This document shows positions 49,207-58,938 of a DNA stretch of 64,000 nt, piece after piece (within the stretch, counting starts at the first letter, position 1; each line of letters begins with the position of its first letter). Source of the DNA: Bacteroidales bacterium (GTDB lineage: Bacteria; Bacteroidota; Bacteroidia; Bacteroidales; UBA932); contig JAGBVR010000005.1 of assembly GCA_017630215.1 (NCBI GenBank), forward strand, positions 34,254 through 98,253. The letters are read 5' to 3'. Under the pieces are notes generated by a model. It was not told where the DNA came from, did not search any database, and worked only from the letters and a program-made list of their open reading frames with translations. The position numbers were made by a program, and so were the translations under genes.

Positions 49207-50829
49207 TTATTGTCTTGTTCCGATATCCATGATACGATTTTCGAAGTCTTCACGGTCACAGACAGAGGCGTTTCTCATCTTTACGCGGTAGTTATAGACT
49301 GTCGAAACCGATCTGCGCAGGAAGGAGGCGATCTTTACAGAATCATCCACTCCAAGACGGATCAGCGCAAGAACCCTCAGTTCTGTTGTGAGCAGCCTCT
49401 CCTTGGAGTGATACGAAACCTTCTTATCTTCCTGCAGCAATTCATTCAGCTGTGAGATGAAATCAGGAAAGAGATCAAGGAATGTAGCATCGAACTGGTT
49501 ATAGAAATCATTCAATGCCTTTTCCATAAATTCCTTGGATTTGAGGGCAGTCATAGCATCCTCTCCATCCTTGATAGCCTTACGCAGTGATGTTCTGTAT
49601 TTTTCCAGGCCATCTATATATTCGGAGCACATGTTCAGGTACCTACCGAGATACATTTCCTTGACCTGATTTGTCTCCTGAAGGATATTGACATTCTTCT
49701 GCAGCTGATCAGTAAGCTGCTGAAGCATCAGATTGGACTCCTTGGTCTGTCTTTCCGCAACAAGCACGCGGTTCCTTTCCTTTATAAGAAATACCGACAA
49801 TATCACAAGAAAAAGCAGCAGGATGCAAGACGCCAGCAATGCCGATACGATGGCCCTGTTCTTCTGGGATACAAACTTATCATACGAGCTGGAAATGACA
49901 GGCAGAATCTGATATGAGAACTGCTTATGCAGCTGAGCATTGGAACGGACCGCATCCTGGACGGAGCGAGTAATGTATGTATATGCTCTCTCTATATCAT
50001 TCTTCTCATAAAGGCATCTCGCGAGCTCATATAAGGAACGATATTCATATTTCGGTACAAGAAGATCACTCTGAGCACTCTTTGCATACCAAAGAATAGC
50101 ATTCTCATTGTCACCGATCATGCTATAGGCACGGGCCATCGTATAATATATGACTCCCTGATCCTCCAGAGCAGGATCATTGGATGTCACCCAGGGCAAA
50201 AGGAGATCCAGCACCTCCTGAGCCTTGTTGTTTTCAAGAAGAATATCAGTCTGTATGAAAATACGTCCGATATCATCATCATTAAGAGTGGAAAGCAATT
50301 GCTGCTGATATTCGTCTTTCGCACGGCTGTATTTCATTGCCAGGACAAGATCATTGGAGGATTTTGAGAGATTTGAATACACTGTATTCAGAATGCTCAG
50401 ATAACGGGCTTCTTCCAGCCACTGATAATCATATTCTCCAAAAAGGCTCAATATCGCATCATACAGGCCGGACATAGCATACCTGTCAGCCAGATCCAAG
50501 ACCGCATCTTTTATAAGCTCATCATTTCCAGACGATTCCGCAAGCTCTATCTTTCTATATGCATAAGAAATCGTAGAGTCTATATTGTACTGGAAATACT
50601 CATTGAACAGATCATTGTATATTCCATACCTTTCGACATCCGACACTGCCGATGAAATACCAGCCCTGAGCCTCAATATGCGATTCTCCTTCTGCCCTTC
50701 GATCATCTCTTTGCTGGATATGACCTGATCGAGGCTCTTCAAAGCAGCTTCCACTTCATAGGAATGACGCACACGGCCGGAACAGCCGCATAAAATCAGG
50801 ATACATGAGATCAGACAAAGGTGCTTCAT
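49207..50829 (-). CDS. SusR-like (DUF6377) membrane-spanning transcriptional regulator
   Basis: Periplasmic TPR-like region, single TM, FD.TFL.LFPDF, ELRVLALIRLG...TVYNYR HTH; upstream of SusC. Confidence 0.88.
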   Translation of the reverse strand: MKHLCLISCILILCGCSGRVRHSYEVEAALKSLDQVISSKEMIEGQKENRILRLRAGISSAVSDVERYGIYNDLFNEYFQYNIDSTISYAYRKIELAESSGNDELIKDAVLDLADRYAMSGLYDAILSLFGEYDYQWLEEARYLSILNTVYSNLSKSSNDLVLAMKYSRAKDEYQQQLLSTLNDDDIGRIFIQTDILLENNKAQEVLDLLLPWVTSNDPALEDQGVIYYTMARAYSMIGDNENAILWYAKSAQSDLLVPKYEYRSLYELARCLYEKNDIERAYTYITRSVQDAVRSNAQLHKQFSYQILPVISSSYDKFVSQKNRAIVSALLASCILLLFLVILSVFLIKERNRVLVAERQTKESNLMLQQLTDQLQKNVNILQETNQVKEMYLGRYLNMCSEYIDGLEKYRTSLRKAIKDGEDAMTALKSKEFMEKALNDFYNQFDATFLDLFPDFISQLNELLQEDKKVSYHSKERLLTTELRVLALIRLGVDDSVKIASFLRRSVSTVYNYRVKMRNASVCDREDFENRIMDIGTRQ

Positions 50830-50889
50830 ATAGGCAAGATTGACATCAGTTCAAGCGGATTTCACAAAAATATGAAATTTTCATGAACA

Positions 50890-53172
50890 TCAATACACAA
50901 GCTTGATTCCAAGGAAGAAGGTTCGTGGAAGAGTCGGACCGTAAATATATCCTGAATCACGGTCGGCTCCTGAGTCGAAGTCATTCTGGAATGAATTCAA
51001 AATGTTCTGGACGCCGGCATTGAGCTGGAGGGAAAAGCTGCTATAGAGCTTGAAATCGTATGCTGCCTTGAATCCCGCATCCCAGAAATCAGGGGTGGTT
51101 ACAGTCACATTCTGCGGAATCATGCCAGCATGATGTTCGATAAGCATACTTCCGGTATAGGTCCCGGTAAGGGCCAATGTCATCGCCTTCATCGGGTTAT
51201 AGGATGCTGTAAGATAACCATGCAGATCAGGAGTGCGGAACATTTTTTTCGTAGCAGCCACATCATCGCTCCATGAACGGGCCTCCTTATATTCGGACTT
51301 CTGGACTGTGACTCCAATCTGCATCTGGAATTTGTTTCTCCATGCAATCTTACCTTCAAGGTTTCCTCCGAAGACTCTGGCTCCGGACTCATTGTGTCTC
51401 TCCTTGATCAGGATACCTTCTTCATTGAGTCCCAGTTCCTTAAGGGCAAAGATATCTGCCAGATCGGTGAAGAATCCTTCCACAAGGAAATTACCCTGCC
51501 AGTCTCCCCAGCTATGATACATGTCCGCGGAAATGCTTACACTCTGAGACTTTTCCACCCTAAGGTCATCTGCCAGACGTATCATCGAGACAGTTCCTCC
51601 GACATTATCGATGTGCAGATCCTCGTCGAAGGCCTGCGGAGCACGGAAACCATAGGAATAGCTGGCTCTGAAATTGATGTTTTCGGAAGGATTGTATCGA
51701 AGGTTGGCACGGGGGCTGAAAATCAGACGTTCCATCAGGCTGTGCTTGTCAAGACGACCGCCCACCAGGATGCCCCATTGCTCGTTCTTCCATTCATTCT
51801 GGGCATATGCACTCAGGATTCTGACAGTCTGGTCAGTAACCCTGTCGTATCCCCACATATTATCCCTCAGATAGTCTTCATTGTACTCTATACCAGCTGT
51901 GAGATCGGATGGCATAAAGAGACAGCGGCCCATTTTATAGACATATTGAGCTCCACCCACCCAAGTCAGGTCGGTAGTCTTTCCGTACGCATTCGGGTCC
52001 TGTCCCGCACCGTAATAGCTTTCCCTGTCGATGTGCTGCATAGATACGAAGGCATTCATACGATGCTTCTGATCCTTTGAAAACCAATCGAATTTGAGTC
52101 CTCCCGTATTGATTCCATGCTCTGTCTGCTCTGCAATCATCACCTCGTGAGGAGGTAGGTCAAGATTGTCTCCTCCCCTTCTGAATTCCTGAAGATGATG
52201 GTATTCTGCCGTTACCTTTGAGTAAAGACCGGTCTTTATGTAGCCACGGAAGCCTACGGTCTGTCCGGATATCTTGGAAAGTTCGGTAAAACCATCCCCA
52301 TTAGCGTCCCAGGCATCCTTGGACGTGTTCTGACCGAATACCGCCAGACCGAGTTTGTTGTCCTCTGAGACAATGGAGGCATTGATATCGGTGGTATTAT
52401 GAAAGGCAGAAGAACCTGCTATCGATGTGACAGTATGGGATATGCTCGAAGAGTTCCTGACAGGTTCCTTTGTGATGATGTTGATTGTACCGGCTATGGC
52501 TGAAGAACCGAAAAGTGCCGATCCGCCGCCACGCATGACTTCCACCCTGTCCACCATATTGGCCGGGAGCTGCTCGATGCCATAGACTCCGGCCAATGCG
52601 CTGAATATAGGGCGTGAATCGATCAGGATCTGAGTATATTGGCCGTCGAGGCCATTGATCCTTACCTGCTGGAATCCGCAGTTCTGGCAATTGTTCTCCA
52701 CACGGATTCCAGGCTGGAAAACAAGTCCCTGCGCCACTGTAGTGGCGTTTGTCTTATTATATGTGTCCATTCCCACCACATTCACCAGGGTCGGTGACAT
52801 CCTTCTGGTCGTTTCGCTGCGGGTAGCTGAAACTATCACTCCGTCTATCTGTACGAAATCCTCTTCTAAAGTGAAATTCACTTCGTATGACCTGCCCTTG
52901 CGAACCTTTATTTCACGGGTCTGGGTCTTGTATCCTATTGCGGACACTTCGACGGTAAAACTTCCCTCAGGGATGTTTCGAATCATATAATGTCCTGTAT
53001 TCTCGGTAGTTACACCTATTGTAGTACCTTTGAGCATCACTACGATATACGGAAGATGCTCTCCGGTAGCTTTATCTATAACGTGACCATAGATATGTGC
53101 ATCGGTTTCTTGAGCCTGGGCAGACAGCACTACACATAATGCCGCCACCAAAGCTGAAAATATTCTTTTCAT
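50890..53172 (-). CDS. TonB-dependent outer-membrane receptor (non-SusC, probable metal uptake)
   Basis: Carboxypeptidase-regulatory-like N-domain, ENNCQNCG, RVEVMRGGGSALFG plug, C-terminal barrel strand. Confidence 0.92.
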   Translation of the reverse strand: MKRIFSALVAALCVVLSAQAQETDAHIYGHVIDKATGEHLPYIVVMLKGTTIGVTTENTGHYMIRNIPEGSFTVEVSAIGYKTQTREIKVRKGRSYEVNFTLEEDFVQIDGVIVSATRSETTRRMSPTLVNVVGMDTYNKTNATTVAQGLVFQPGIRVENNCQNCGFQQVRINGLDGQYTQILIDSRPIFSALAGVYGIEQLPANMVDRVEVMRGGGSALFGSSAIAGTINIITKEPVRNSSSISHTVTSIAGSSAFHNTTDINASIVSEDNKLGLAVFGQNTSKDAWDANGDGFTELSKISGQTVGFRGYIKTGLYSKVTAEYHHLQEFRRGGDNLDLPPHEVMIAEQTEHGINTGGLKFDWFSKDQKHRMNAFVSMQHIDRESYYGAGQDPNAYGKTTDLTWVGGAQYVYKMGRCLFMPSDLTAGIEYNEDYLRDNMWGYDRVTDQTVRILSAYAQNEWKNEQWGILVGGRLDKHSLMERLIFSPRANLRYNPSENINFRASYSYGFRAPQAFDEDLHIDNVGGTVSMIRLADDLRVEKSQSVSISADMYHSWGDWQGNFLVEGFFTDLADIFALKELGLNEEGILIKERHNESGARVFGGNLEGKIAWRNKFQMQIGVTVQKSEYKEARSWSDDVAATKKMFRTPDLHGYLTASYNPMKAMTLALTGTYTGSMLIEHHAGMIPQNVTVTTPDFWDAGFKAAYDFKLYSSFSLQLNAGVQNILNSFQNDFDSGADRDSGYIYGPTLPRTFFLGIKLVY

Positions 53173-53213
53173 CTTTATTGGTTTGAATGGTTGTTATTGA
53201 ATCTTTATCTGCA

Positions 53214-53258
53214 GGGATTGCCGGGCGGAGCCGGCAATGACTCTGGGCCGGCAATGAG
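53214..53258 (-). repeat. GTCAT-tagged palindrome with one 17-bp truncated copy
   Basis: GGGATTGCCGGGCGGAGCCGGCAATGAC followed by a second GCCGGCAATGA. Confidence 0.7.
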
Positions 53259-53291
53259 GATATCCGCCACCCTCGATCGGATCGGGGATCG

Positions 53292-53624
53292 CTACGCCAT
53301 CGGCGGACCGCGGAGCGTATGCACCGCCTGCCCCACATTCAGACAAAGCGGAGCGTAATAGACGATATATGATTCAGATAACAGAAAGAAAGGAGAAGGA
53401 ACACCGATATAACCGACTGCAGTTTCCGACTGGAATTGAGAAAGAATGTCGATTACAGCATACTGGGAATCACTATGGTCGTGATCCGCATCACCTCCAA
53501 GATGTGAATGGACAATGGATGACCCATTGGCGATGTGAGTATGTGAAAACATACTGATACCTGCATAATAACTGCAGAATATCACCATCAGCCAAAGGGC
53601 CACATATGTCCTCAAATTTTTCAT
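53292..53624 (-). CDS. Small His-rich exported protein ending in RGPP, upstream of the TonB receptor
   Basis: Hydrophobic N-terminus, SHTH...VHSH...DHDHS, C-terminal LRGPPMA; TATCTTTG promoter at about 53643-53650. Confidence 0.75.
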   Translation of the reverse strand: MKNLRTYVALWLMVIFCSYYAGISMFSHTHIANGSSIVHSHLGGDADHDHSDSQYAVIDILSQFQSETAVGYIGVPSPFFLLSESYIVYYAPLCLNVGQAVHTLRGPPMA

Positions 53625-53655
53625 CTTTTCCGTTTGGGGCGGCAAAGATAATAAA

Positions 53656-55392
53656 TTATTTCTTGACGAAAACCTTTTCGAGATTCTGAGAAATATTTAT
53701 GATGAAGTCACCCATCTTTTCAAGTTCGCTGACTATGTCCATATAGTAAACGCTTGTCTGATAGTTCTTTCTATTGCTCTCAATTTCTTCTATTTCGGCA
53801 TCTCTGAGATAGTTTCTGAGATTATTGAGGCGGTCCTCTGCATTATATGCATTGGAGATTCCTTCAAGTTGTCCCTTATGGGCCGCATTAAGATTGTCTA
53901 TCATCGCATCATATGCCTTTTCTACAGCATCGACCATATCTTCAAGCTTCTTGACAGTATCCTGGTCAAAAGACTTCTTGTGGATATTCTTTCGGGAAAG
54001 GATACGGCTGATCGATTCGCCAGAATCTCCAAGGGACTCAAGTTCTCCGATTATCTTGTACATAGCCTTGATACGCAGAGATGTCTCTTCGCTGATATCA
54101 CCTGCTGAAACAGCATTAAGGAAGGCCGCAATTTCATACTCAATGCGGTCTGAAATCTCTTCATATTTCACCAGCTTGTCACGGAGTTCGTCGAACTTGG
54201 TGGAATCCGCCGTACGGATGGCTTCCCTTGCATATCCGAGACCGTTCTTCGAAATCTGAGCGAAGTGGATTATTTCTTCAAAAGCCTGCTCCGCAGCAAG
54301 CTCTGGAGTAGCAAGAGGACCGGCTGAGATATATTTGAGTCTGAATACCTCATTCTCCTGATTCTTCGGAGTCTTGATAATCCATATGACAGCCTTTTCT
54401 ATAAGCTTGACACACCATACGAGAATGAGGGTGTTGATGGTATTGAAAAGCGTATGAAGCATCGAAAGTCCGTACAATGCGGCTGTCGCATCCGGTGTGT
54501 TCTGCCCGTTGACTGCAAATCCTTCAGCAGCAGGATTCGGAAGACCGAAAAGCACCTCGATGATCTTTCCTACAAGTGAGAGGAACGGCCTGAAGAATAT
54601 CAATGCCCATATCACACCGAATACATTGAAGATGGTATGTGACATCGCTGCTCTCTTGGCCTGGGTGTTTCCTACGGAGGCAGCAATATTGGCAGTGATG
54701 GTGGTACCGATATTCTCTCCAAGCACCATTGCACAAGCCATTTCAAACGGAATGAAGCCCATGCTGAGCATGATAAGGGTGATGGCCATTGTCGCAGACG
54801 AAGACTGAAGCACCAATGTCAGCACGGTACCGAATACAAGGAAAATCAGCACGGAGCCAAAACCGTGTCCTGCCCAGGATCTTACAAACTCAAGAACCTG
54901 AGGGGTCTCATTGAGGTCAGGAACAGAATTCTTCATGAATGACAGTCCGAGGAAGAGAAGGCAGAATCCGACAATAAGTTCCCCTATATTCTGACGCTGG
55001 TTCTTCTTAGAGTTCGAGAAGAGGAATCCAAGCAGCATAAGAGGTACTGCAAGGATTGAAATGTCAGCCTTGAATCCCAGCCATGAGACGAGCCATGCAG
55101 TCACAGTTGTACCGATATTGGCTCCCATAATGACTCCTACAGCTTGGGCAAGAGTCAGGAGACCTGCATTCACGAAGCTTACCACCATAACGGTAGTAGC
55201 AGAAGATGACTGGATTACAGTGGTGATTCCCAGTCCGGTCAAAACTCCCTTGAAAGGATTGGAAGTCATTGCTGAAAGCAGCCCGCGGAGTCTGTCACCA
55301 GCCGCCTTCTGAAGTCCCGAGCTCATCAGGTTCATTCCATAGAGGAACATACCCAATGCACCCAGAAGAGTAAATATCTGAAGTATTCCCAT
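53656..55392 (-). CDS. Na+/Pi cotransporter family protein with PhoU-like C-terminus
   Basis: QSSSATT x2, GANIGTT/GENIGTT, C-terminal ELE..GD repeats. Confidence 0.94.
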   Translation of the reverse strand: MGILQIFTLLGALGMFLYGMNLMSSGLQKAAGDRLRGLLSAMTSNPFKGVLTGLGITTVIQSSSATTVMVVSFVNAGLLTLAQAVGVIMGANIGTTVTAWLVSWLGFKADISILAVPLMLLGFLFSNSKKNQRQNIGELIVGFCLLFLGLSFMKNSVPDLNETPQVLEFVRSWAGHGFGSVLIFLVFGTVLTLVLQSSSATMAITLIMLSMGFIPFEMACAMVLGENIGTTITANIAASVGNTQAKRAAMSHTIFNVFGVIWALIFFRPFLSLVGKIIEVLFGLPNPAAEGFAVNGQNTPDATAALYGLSMLHTLFNTINTLILVWCVKLIEKAVIWIIKTPKNQENEVFRLKYISAGPLATPELAAEQAFEEIIHFAQISKNGLGYAREAIRTADSTKFDELRDKLVKYEEISDRIEYEIAAFLNAVSAGDISEETSLRIKAMYKIIGELESLGDSGESISRILSRKNIHKKSFDQDTVKKLEDMVDAVEKAYDAMIDNLNAAHKGQLEGISNAYNAEDRLNNLRNYLRDAEIEEIESNRKNYQTSVYYMDIVSELEKMGDFIINISQNLEKVFVKK

Positions 55393-55394
55393 TG

Positions 55395-56357
55395 TTATGC
55401 TATTTGATTAGAAATAAGATACCATGTATATGCCACGAAACACAGGAAGAGTATGGCACCCTCCCATCTTTGGATCTTGCAGTCTTTGCCGAAAGCGTAA
55501 AGCACCACGACAGCCGCGATCATCACCATGTAATCCACCATTGTAATACCAGTAGATGTCAATGGTCTCACCTGTGAACAGAGTCCTAAAATCAGGGCGA
55601 TATTGAAGATGTTCGAACCTACGATATTTCCAAGTGCCATGCTCGTATTCTTCTTTAAGGCTGCTGCAATCGAAGCCGCAAGTTCAGGAAGCGATGTTCC
55701 GCAGGCAATCAATGTCAATGATATGAAGGCGTCGTTCACGCCGAACGACTTGGCAATCACCACTGCATTATCCACGAAAAGGTCGCAGCTGAAGATCAAT
55801 GCGGCAAGACCACCCACAACCTTGAGTAAGGCGAGCCACATCGGGTCGATTTTCTCTGTCTGAGATGCTTCTTCTGGAACCTCAGCCGCCAACTTCATCT
55901 TTTTGTCTCTGTAGAAAGACAGCCACATGAAGAATGCAAAGCAGGCCAGAAAGACCAGTCCGTCGATCCTGCTCACACATTGAGACGTGCCATTGAAGAA
56001 ATTGAGAGAGAAAAGCATCAGCAGAACTGATATTCCGATACAGAAGGGTATCTCGAATTTCAGATTCTGACGGTCAAATGTAACAGGAAAGAACATCGCA
56101 GTCAATCCCAATATCCCGAATACATTGAAGATATTGGATCCTACGACATTTCCTATGGCCACATCCGCATTACCGTTCAAGGCACCTATGAAACTGACGG
56201 TCAGCTCCGGAGTCGATGTACCGACTCCGATTATAGCTGCACCGATCACAAAATCAGAAACCTTGTACTTCCTTGCGATGGACACTGATCCTGCCACGAG
56301 AAAATCAGCAGCGAAGACAATACCCGCCAACGAGAGTATAAGAATTACGTATTCCAT
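55395..56357 (-). CDS. Ca2+/Na+ antiporter (YrbG family)
   Basis: Alpha repeats GTSTPEL...GNVVGSNIFN and GTSLPEL...GNIVGSNIFN. Confidence 0.95.
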   Translation of the reverse strand: MEYVILILSLAGIVFAADFLVAGSVSIARKYKVSDFVIGAAIIGVGTSTPELTVSFIGALNGNADVAIGNVVGSNIFNVFGILGLTAMFFPVTFDRQNLKFEIPFCIGISVLLMLFSLNFFNGTSQCVSRIDGLVFLACFAFFMWLSFYRDKKMKLAAEVPEEASQTEKIDPMWLALLKVVGGLAALIFSCDLFVDNAVVIAKSFGVNDAFISLTLIACGTSLPELAASIAAALKKNTSMALGNIVGSNIFNIALILGLCSQVRPLTSTGITMVDYMVMIAAVVVLYAFGKDCKIQRWEGAILFLCFVAYTWYLISNQIA

Positions 56358-56359
56358 TG

Positions 56360-56806
56360 TTATTTAATGAGTTTTCCTACCTTTGAGAGTGCGTGCTCAT
56401 GCACTTTCGTGCAAGGCTCATACTTGTAAGGAACATATTCGAAAAGCTGGAGATATGCCTTTCCTGAAGACTTGCTGTAATACACATCCAGACGGATTGC
56501 ATTGCCCTTATCCTCTTCAGAAAGATCGATAGTCTCGGGTTTTGAAGTGATTGCTGCAGATATTGGGGCATTCATTGCCTGCTGGAAATAATGTTCCACC
56601 TTCATAAATCTTTCTCCGGTCTCGGTGTCCTTGTAGCCTGACTTGAGCACAAATGCGAGAATAAGGCCTGCAAAGATCAGGAAGAAACCGGTTATATTGA
56701 CGGCAGCACCTGTCGGAAGCAGGATAAGGACGCTGCCGGCTATTACGAGTGAAACAAAAATTACGATATCTTTTATAGAGCGTACTCTGATGAATGTCTT
56801 TTCCAT
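56360..56806 (-). CDS. Hypothetical membrane protein
   Basis: Two N-terminal TM helices; 2-bp gap to the antiporter gene. Confidence 0.75.
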   Translation of the reverse strand: MEKTFIRVRSIKDIVIFVSLVIAGSVLILLPTGAAVNITGFFLIFAGLILAFVLKSGYKDTETGERFMKVEHYFQQAMNAPISAAITSKPETIDLSEEDKGNAIRLDVYYSKSSGKAYLQLFEYVPYKYEPCTKVHEHALSKVGKLIK

Positions 56807-56849
56807 ATTGTATTTATCATTTAGATGTTAATTTTTAATTATGAGACTC

Positions 56850-57064
56850 CTGCCATCATTCGAGCAGAACGAAGCACAAACTGTCATTTCAAGCGGAACG
56901 AAGCACAAACTGTCATTTCAAGCGGAACGAAGTGCAAACTGTCATTTCGAGCGGAACGAAGTGCAAACTGTCATTTCAAGCAGAACGAAGCACAAACTGT
57001 CATTTCGAGCGGAACGAAGTGCAAACTGTCATTTCGAGCGGAACGAAGTGGAGTCGAGAAATCC
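56850..57064 (+). repeat. 29-bp tandem array derived from a TGTCAT-tagged palindrome
   Basis: CTGTCATTTC(A/G)AGC(G/A)GAACGAAG(CA/TG)CAAA at 56881, 56910, 56939, 56968 and 56997, a degenerate unit at 56850, and the complete palindrome at 57026-57064. Confidence 0.92.
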
Positions 57065-57127
57065 GCATAGCAGAAATAGCGGCATAACCGTCACCGAAAT
57101 GTCGCCAACAATAAAAACAAATGAAAT

Positions 57128-57508
57128 CTAAATGATAAGCCTCCTCAGGCAGAGCAGCATATTAGCCGGCTCCGCAAGTGAAGAATGGAGTGTAACAGAC
57201 TGTAATTGAATAAAATATCTTAGTCCGGAATTGATAATTTTACCACACTTGGCAAATTCAAGATTATTTCTTTGAAAGGAGCTGGTTCTTCTGGCAGCAT
57301 TCTGCACGCTTGGTGCATTTACAATGGAGGTCTGACGAGGAAGATTGCACTGATGCTCCTGAGCTGAAACGCTTGTCTGAGTTATAGAGCCATTGAAAAC
57401 AATTTCCTCCATCTCTTTGACTGAAGATGCAGATACAGCATCATCCGCACTGCCCCAAAGGACAGCCGCCACGACAAAGAGAAGCAGATATTCCAGCAAT
57501 CGTTTCAT
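57128..57508 (-). CDS. Hypothetical exported protein
   Basis: MKRLLEYLLLFVVAAVLW signal-like start, TATATTTG just upstream, C-terminus LRRLII. Confidence 0.65.
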   Translation of the reverse strand: MKRLLEYLLLFVVAAVLWGSADDAVSASSVKEMEEIVFNGSITQTSVSAQEHQCNLPRQTSIVNAPSVQNAARRTSSFQRNNLEFAKCGKIINSGLRYFIQLQSVTLHSSLAEPANMLLCLRRLII

Positions 57509-57640
57509 TTCTGACGGCAAATATAAACAAAATGAATGCAAATCCACCATCCGGTGCATCACTTAACAATTTCTTAACGAGTCATATACCTCCATACTGA
57601 CTGAAGCGCCATGCGCCAATACAATAAAGTCAATATTTAG

Positions 57641-58825
57641 TCAGAATGTAATTCCAGCACCGTATTCAATACAATAAGAACGGTCTAAATAATGGGCCCT
57701 CATTCCAAATCCGATAAAAGCCTGCCCAGTTTTGAATGATGGGAGATGATAGCGTACACCGATGCGCTGGAAGCATCTGCCCATATCCTCCACAAGCCCC
57801 GTTCTCTTGAATGTATATACACCCCAGGTGAAATTTACAGAGAAATCCGAATAATGAAGATACTGAGCCAGATGCACGGAAGTATAGAACGAAGAGTATC
57901 CCTTCGGATCTTCTTCACCTCTGAGCAGAAGGTCCATTTCCCTATATGCATTGTCCGCATAATTTCCTTCTATGCCCAAAGCGGTCGAAAGCAGTCCGTG
58001 GTATCTCCACGACATCTCCGCACCAAGAATCGCCCTGAGGCGGAATTTTACAGGATATGCCTCCGGTCCTTTTGCATTGAGTTCCCAGTCACAGCTGTGT
58101 CCTCCGAAAGCAGTATAGATATTCCACCTCAACCCTTTTGGGAAATCAGGTTTTTCTACTTTGATTCTTCTATCTGTTTCCTGAGGCGCCAGATAATACT
58201 TCAATTTCGCCCCCGCAGCCGCCTGATTGGTTCCCAGATTCGGAGTATGAGTCATTCCGTTGGAATGATGGATAAGATAGCCTGTCAAGGCAAATTCCCA
58301 ATGAGGATGAAAACGGATGGCTGCTTCTACTCCACCTGCCATATTGGCAACAATATTAGAGCCTATGAACTGGTTGGTGATATTTCTTCTTGGATTGTAT
58401 TTATCTGCAGTATAGGAAATTCCAAGTTCAAGAACCGGCCCTAAAGAAAAGATTCCGGAACGGAAGAAATCGAATTCCGCAGCAAGATACAGATTGTAGA
58501 AATCTTCGAGATTAGTTCCGGGCTTCATATTCATCGATCCTACGCCATCGTATGAAAATCCCAGAGCCAGACTAGGATAATTGAAAGCATTCGCCCACCA
58601 GTTGTTGTCTGACTGATGAGTGTCGAAGCCCACCTGCACACCCGCCAGAACCGATCCGTAGCTGTTCAGCATATCATTGTAGATGCCATGTGTATTCAAC
58701 ATGCGCTGATAGCGCGAATGCACGGACACATTCATATGCTCCTTAACGAATCCCGTATTTCTTTCTTTTGAAAAAAGGGTCAACGTTACCAGCAAGGCCG
58801 CAAATATGAGATACAGTCTTTTCAT
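57641..58825 (-). CDS. Outer-membrane beta-barrel, acyloxyacyl hydrolase/PagL-like
   Basis: Signal peptide, HHSNG...PNLGTN motif, C-terminal YGAGITF. Confidence 0.75.
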   Translation of the reverse strand: MKRLYLIFAALLVTLTLFSKERNTGFVKEHMNVSVHSRYQRMLNTHGIYNDMLNSYGSVLAGVQVGFDTHQSDNNWWANAFNYPSLALGFSYDGVGSMNMKPGTNLEDFYNLYLAAEFDFFRSGIFSLGPVLELGISYTADKYNPRRNITNQFIGSNIVANMAGGVEAAIRFHPHWEFALTGYLIHHSNGMTHTPNLGTNQAAAGAKLKYYLAPQETDRRIKVEKPDFPKGLRWNIYTAFGGHSCDWELNAKGPEAYPVKFRLRAILGAEMSWRYHGLLSTALGIEGNYADNAYREMDLLLRGEEDPKGYSSFYTSVHLAQYLHYSDFSVNFTWGVYTFKRTGLVEDMGRCFQRIGVRYHLPSFKTGQAFIGFGMRAHYLDRSYCIEYGAGITF

Positions 58826-58938
58826 CAGGTTCAAGTCGCGGTTTATTCTTTACAAAACTAACTTTTTTCCACGAATAAACCAAGCCTCACATCCACAGAT
58901 CCTCACCTTGTATTTCGTTGCCGCGCTCCGGCAAGCAT

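Noticed and set aside
56850-57064. CRISPR array
   Set aside because: Units are contiguous with no unique spacers and no cas genes; it is a tandem expansion of a palindrome arm.
56825-57131. ORFs 56825-57070 and 56841-57131
   Set aside because: Translations of the 29-bp tandem repeat; no coding features.
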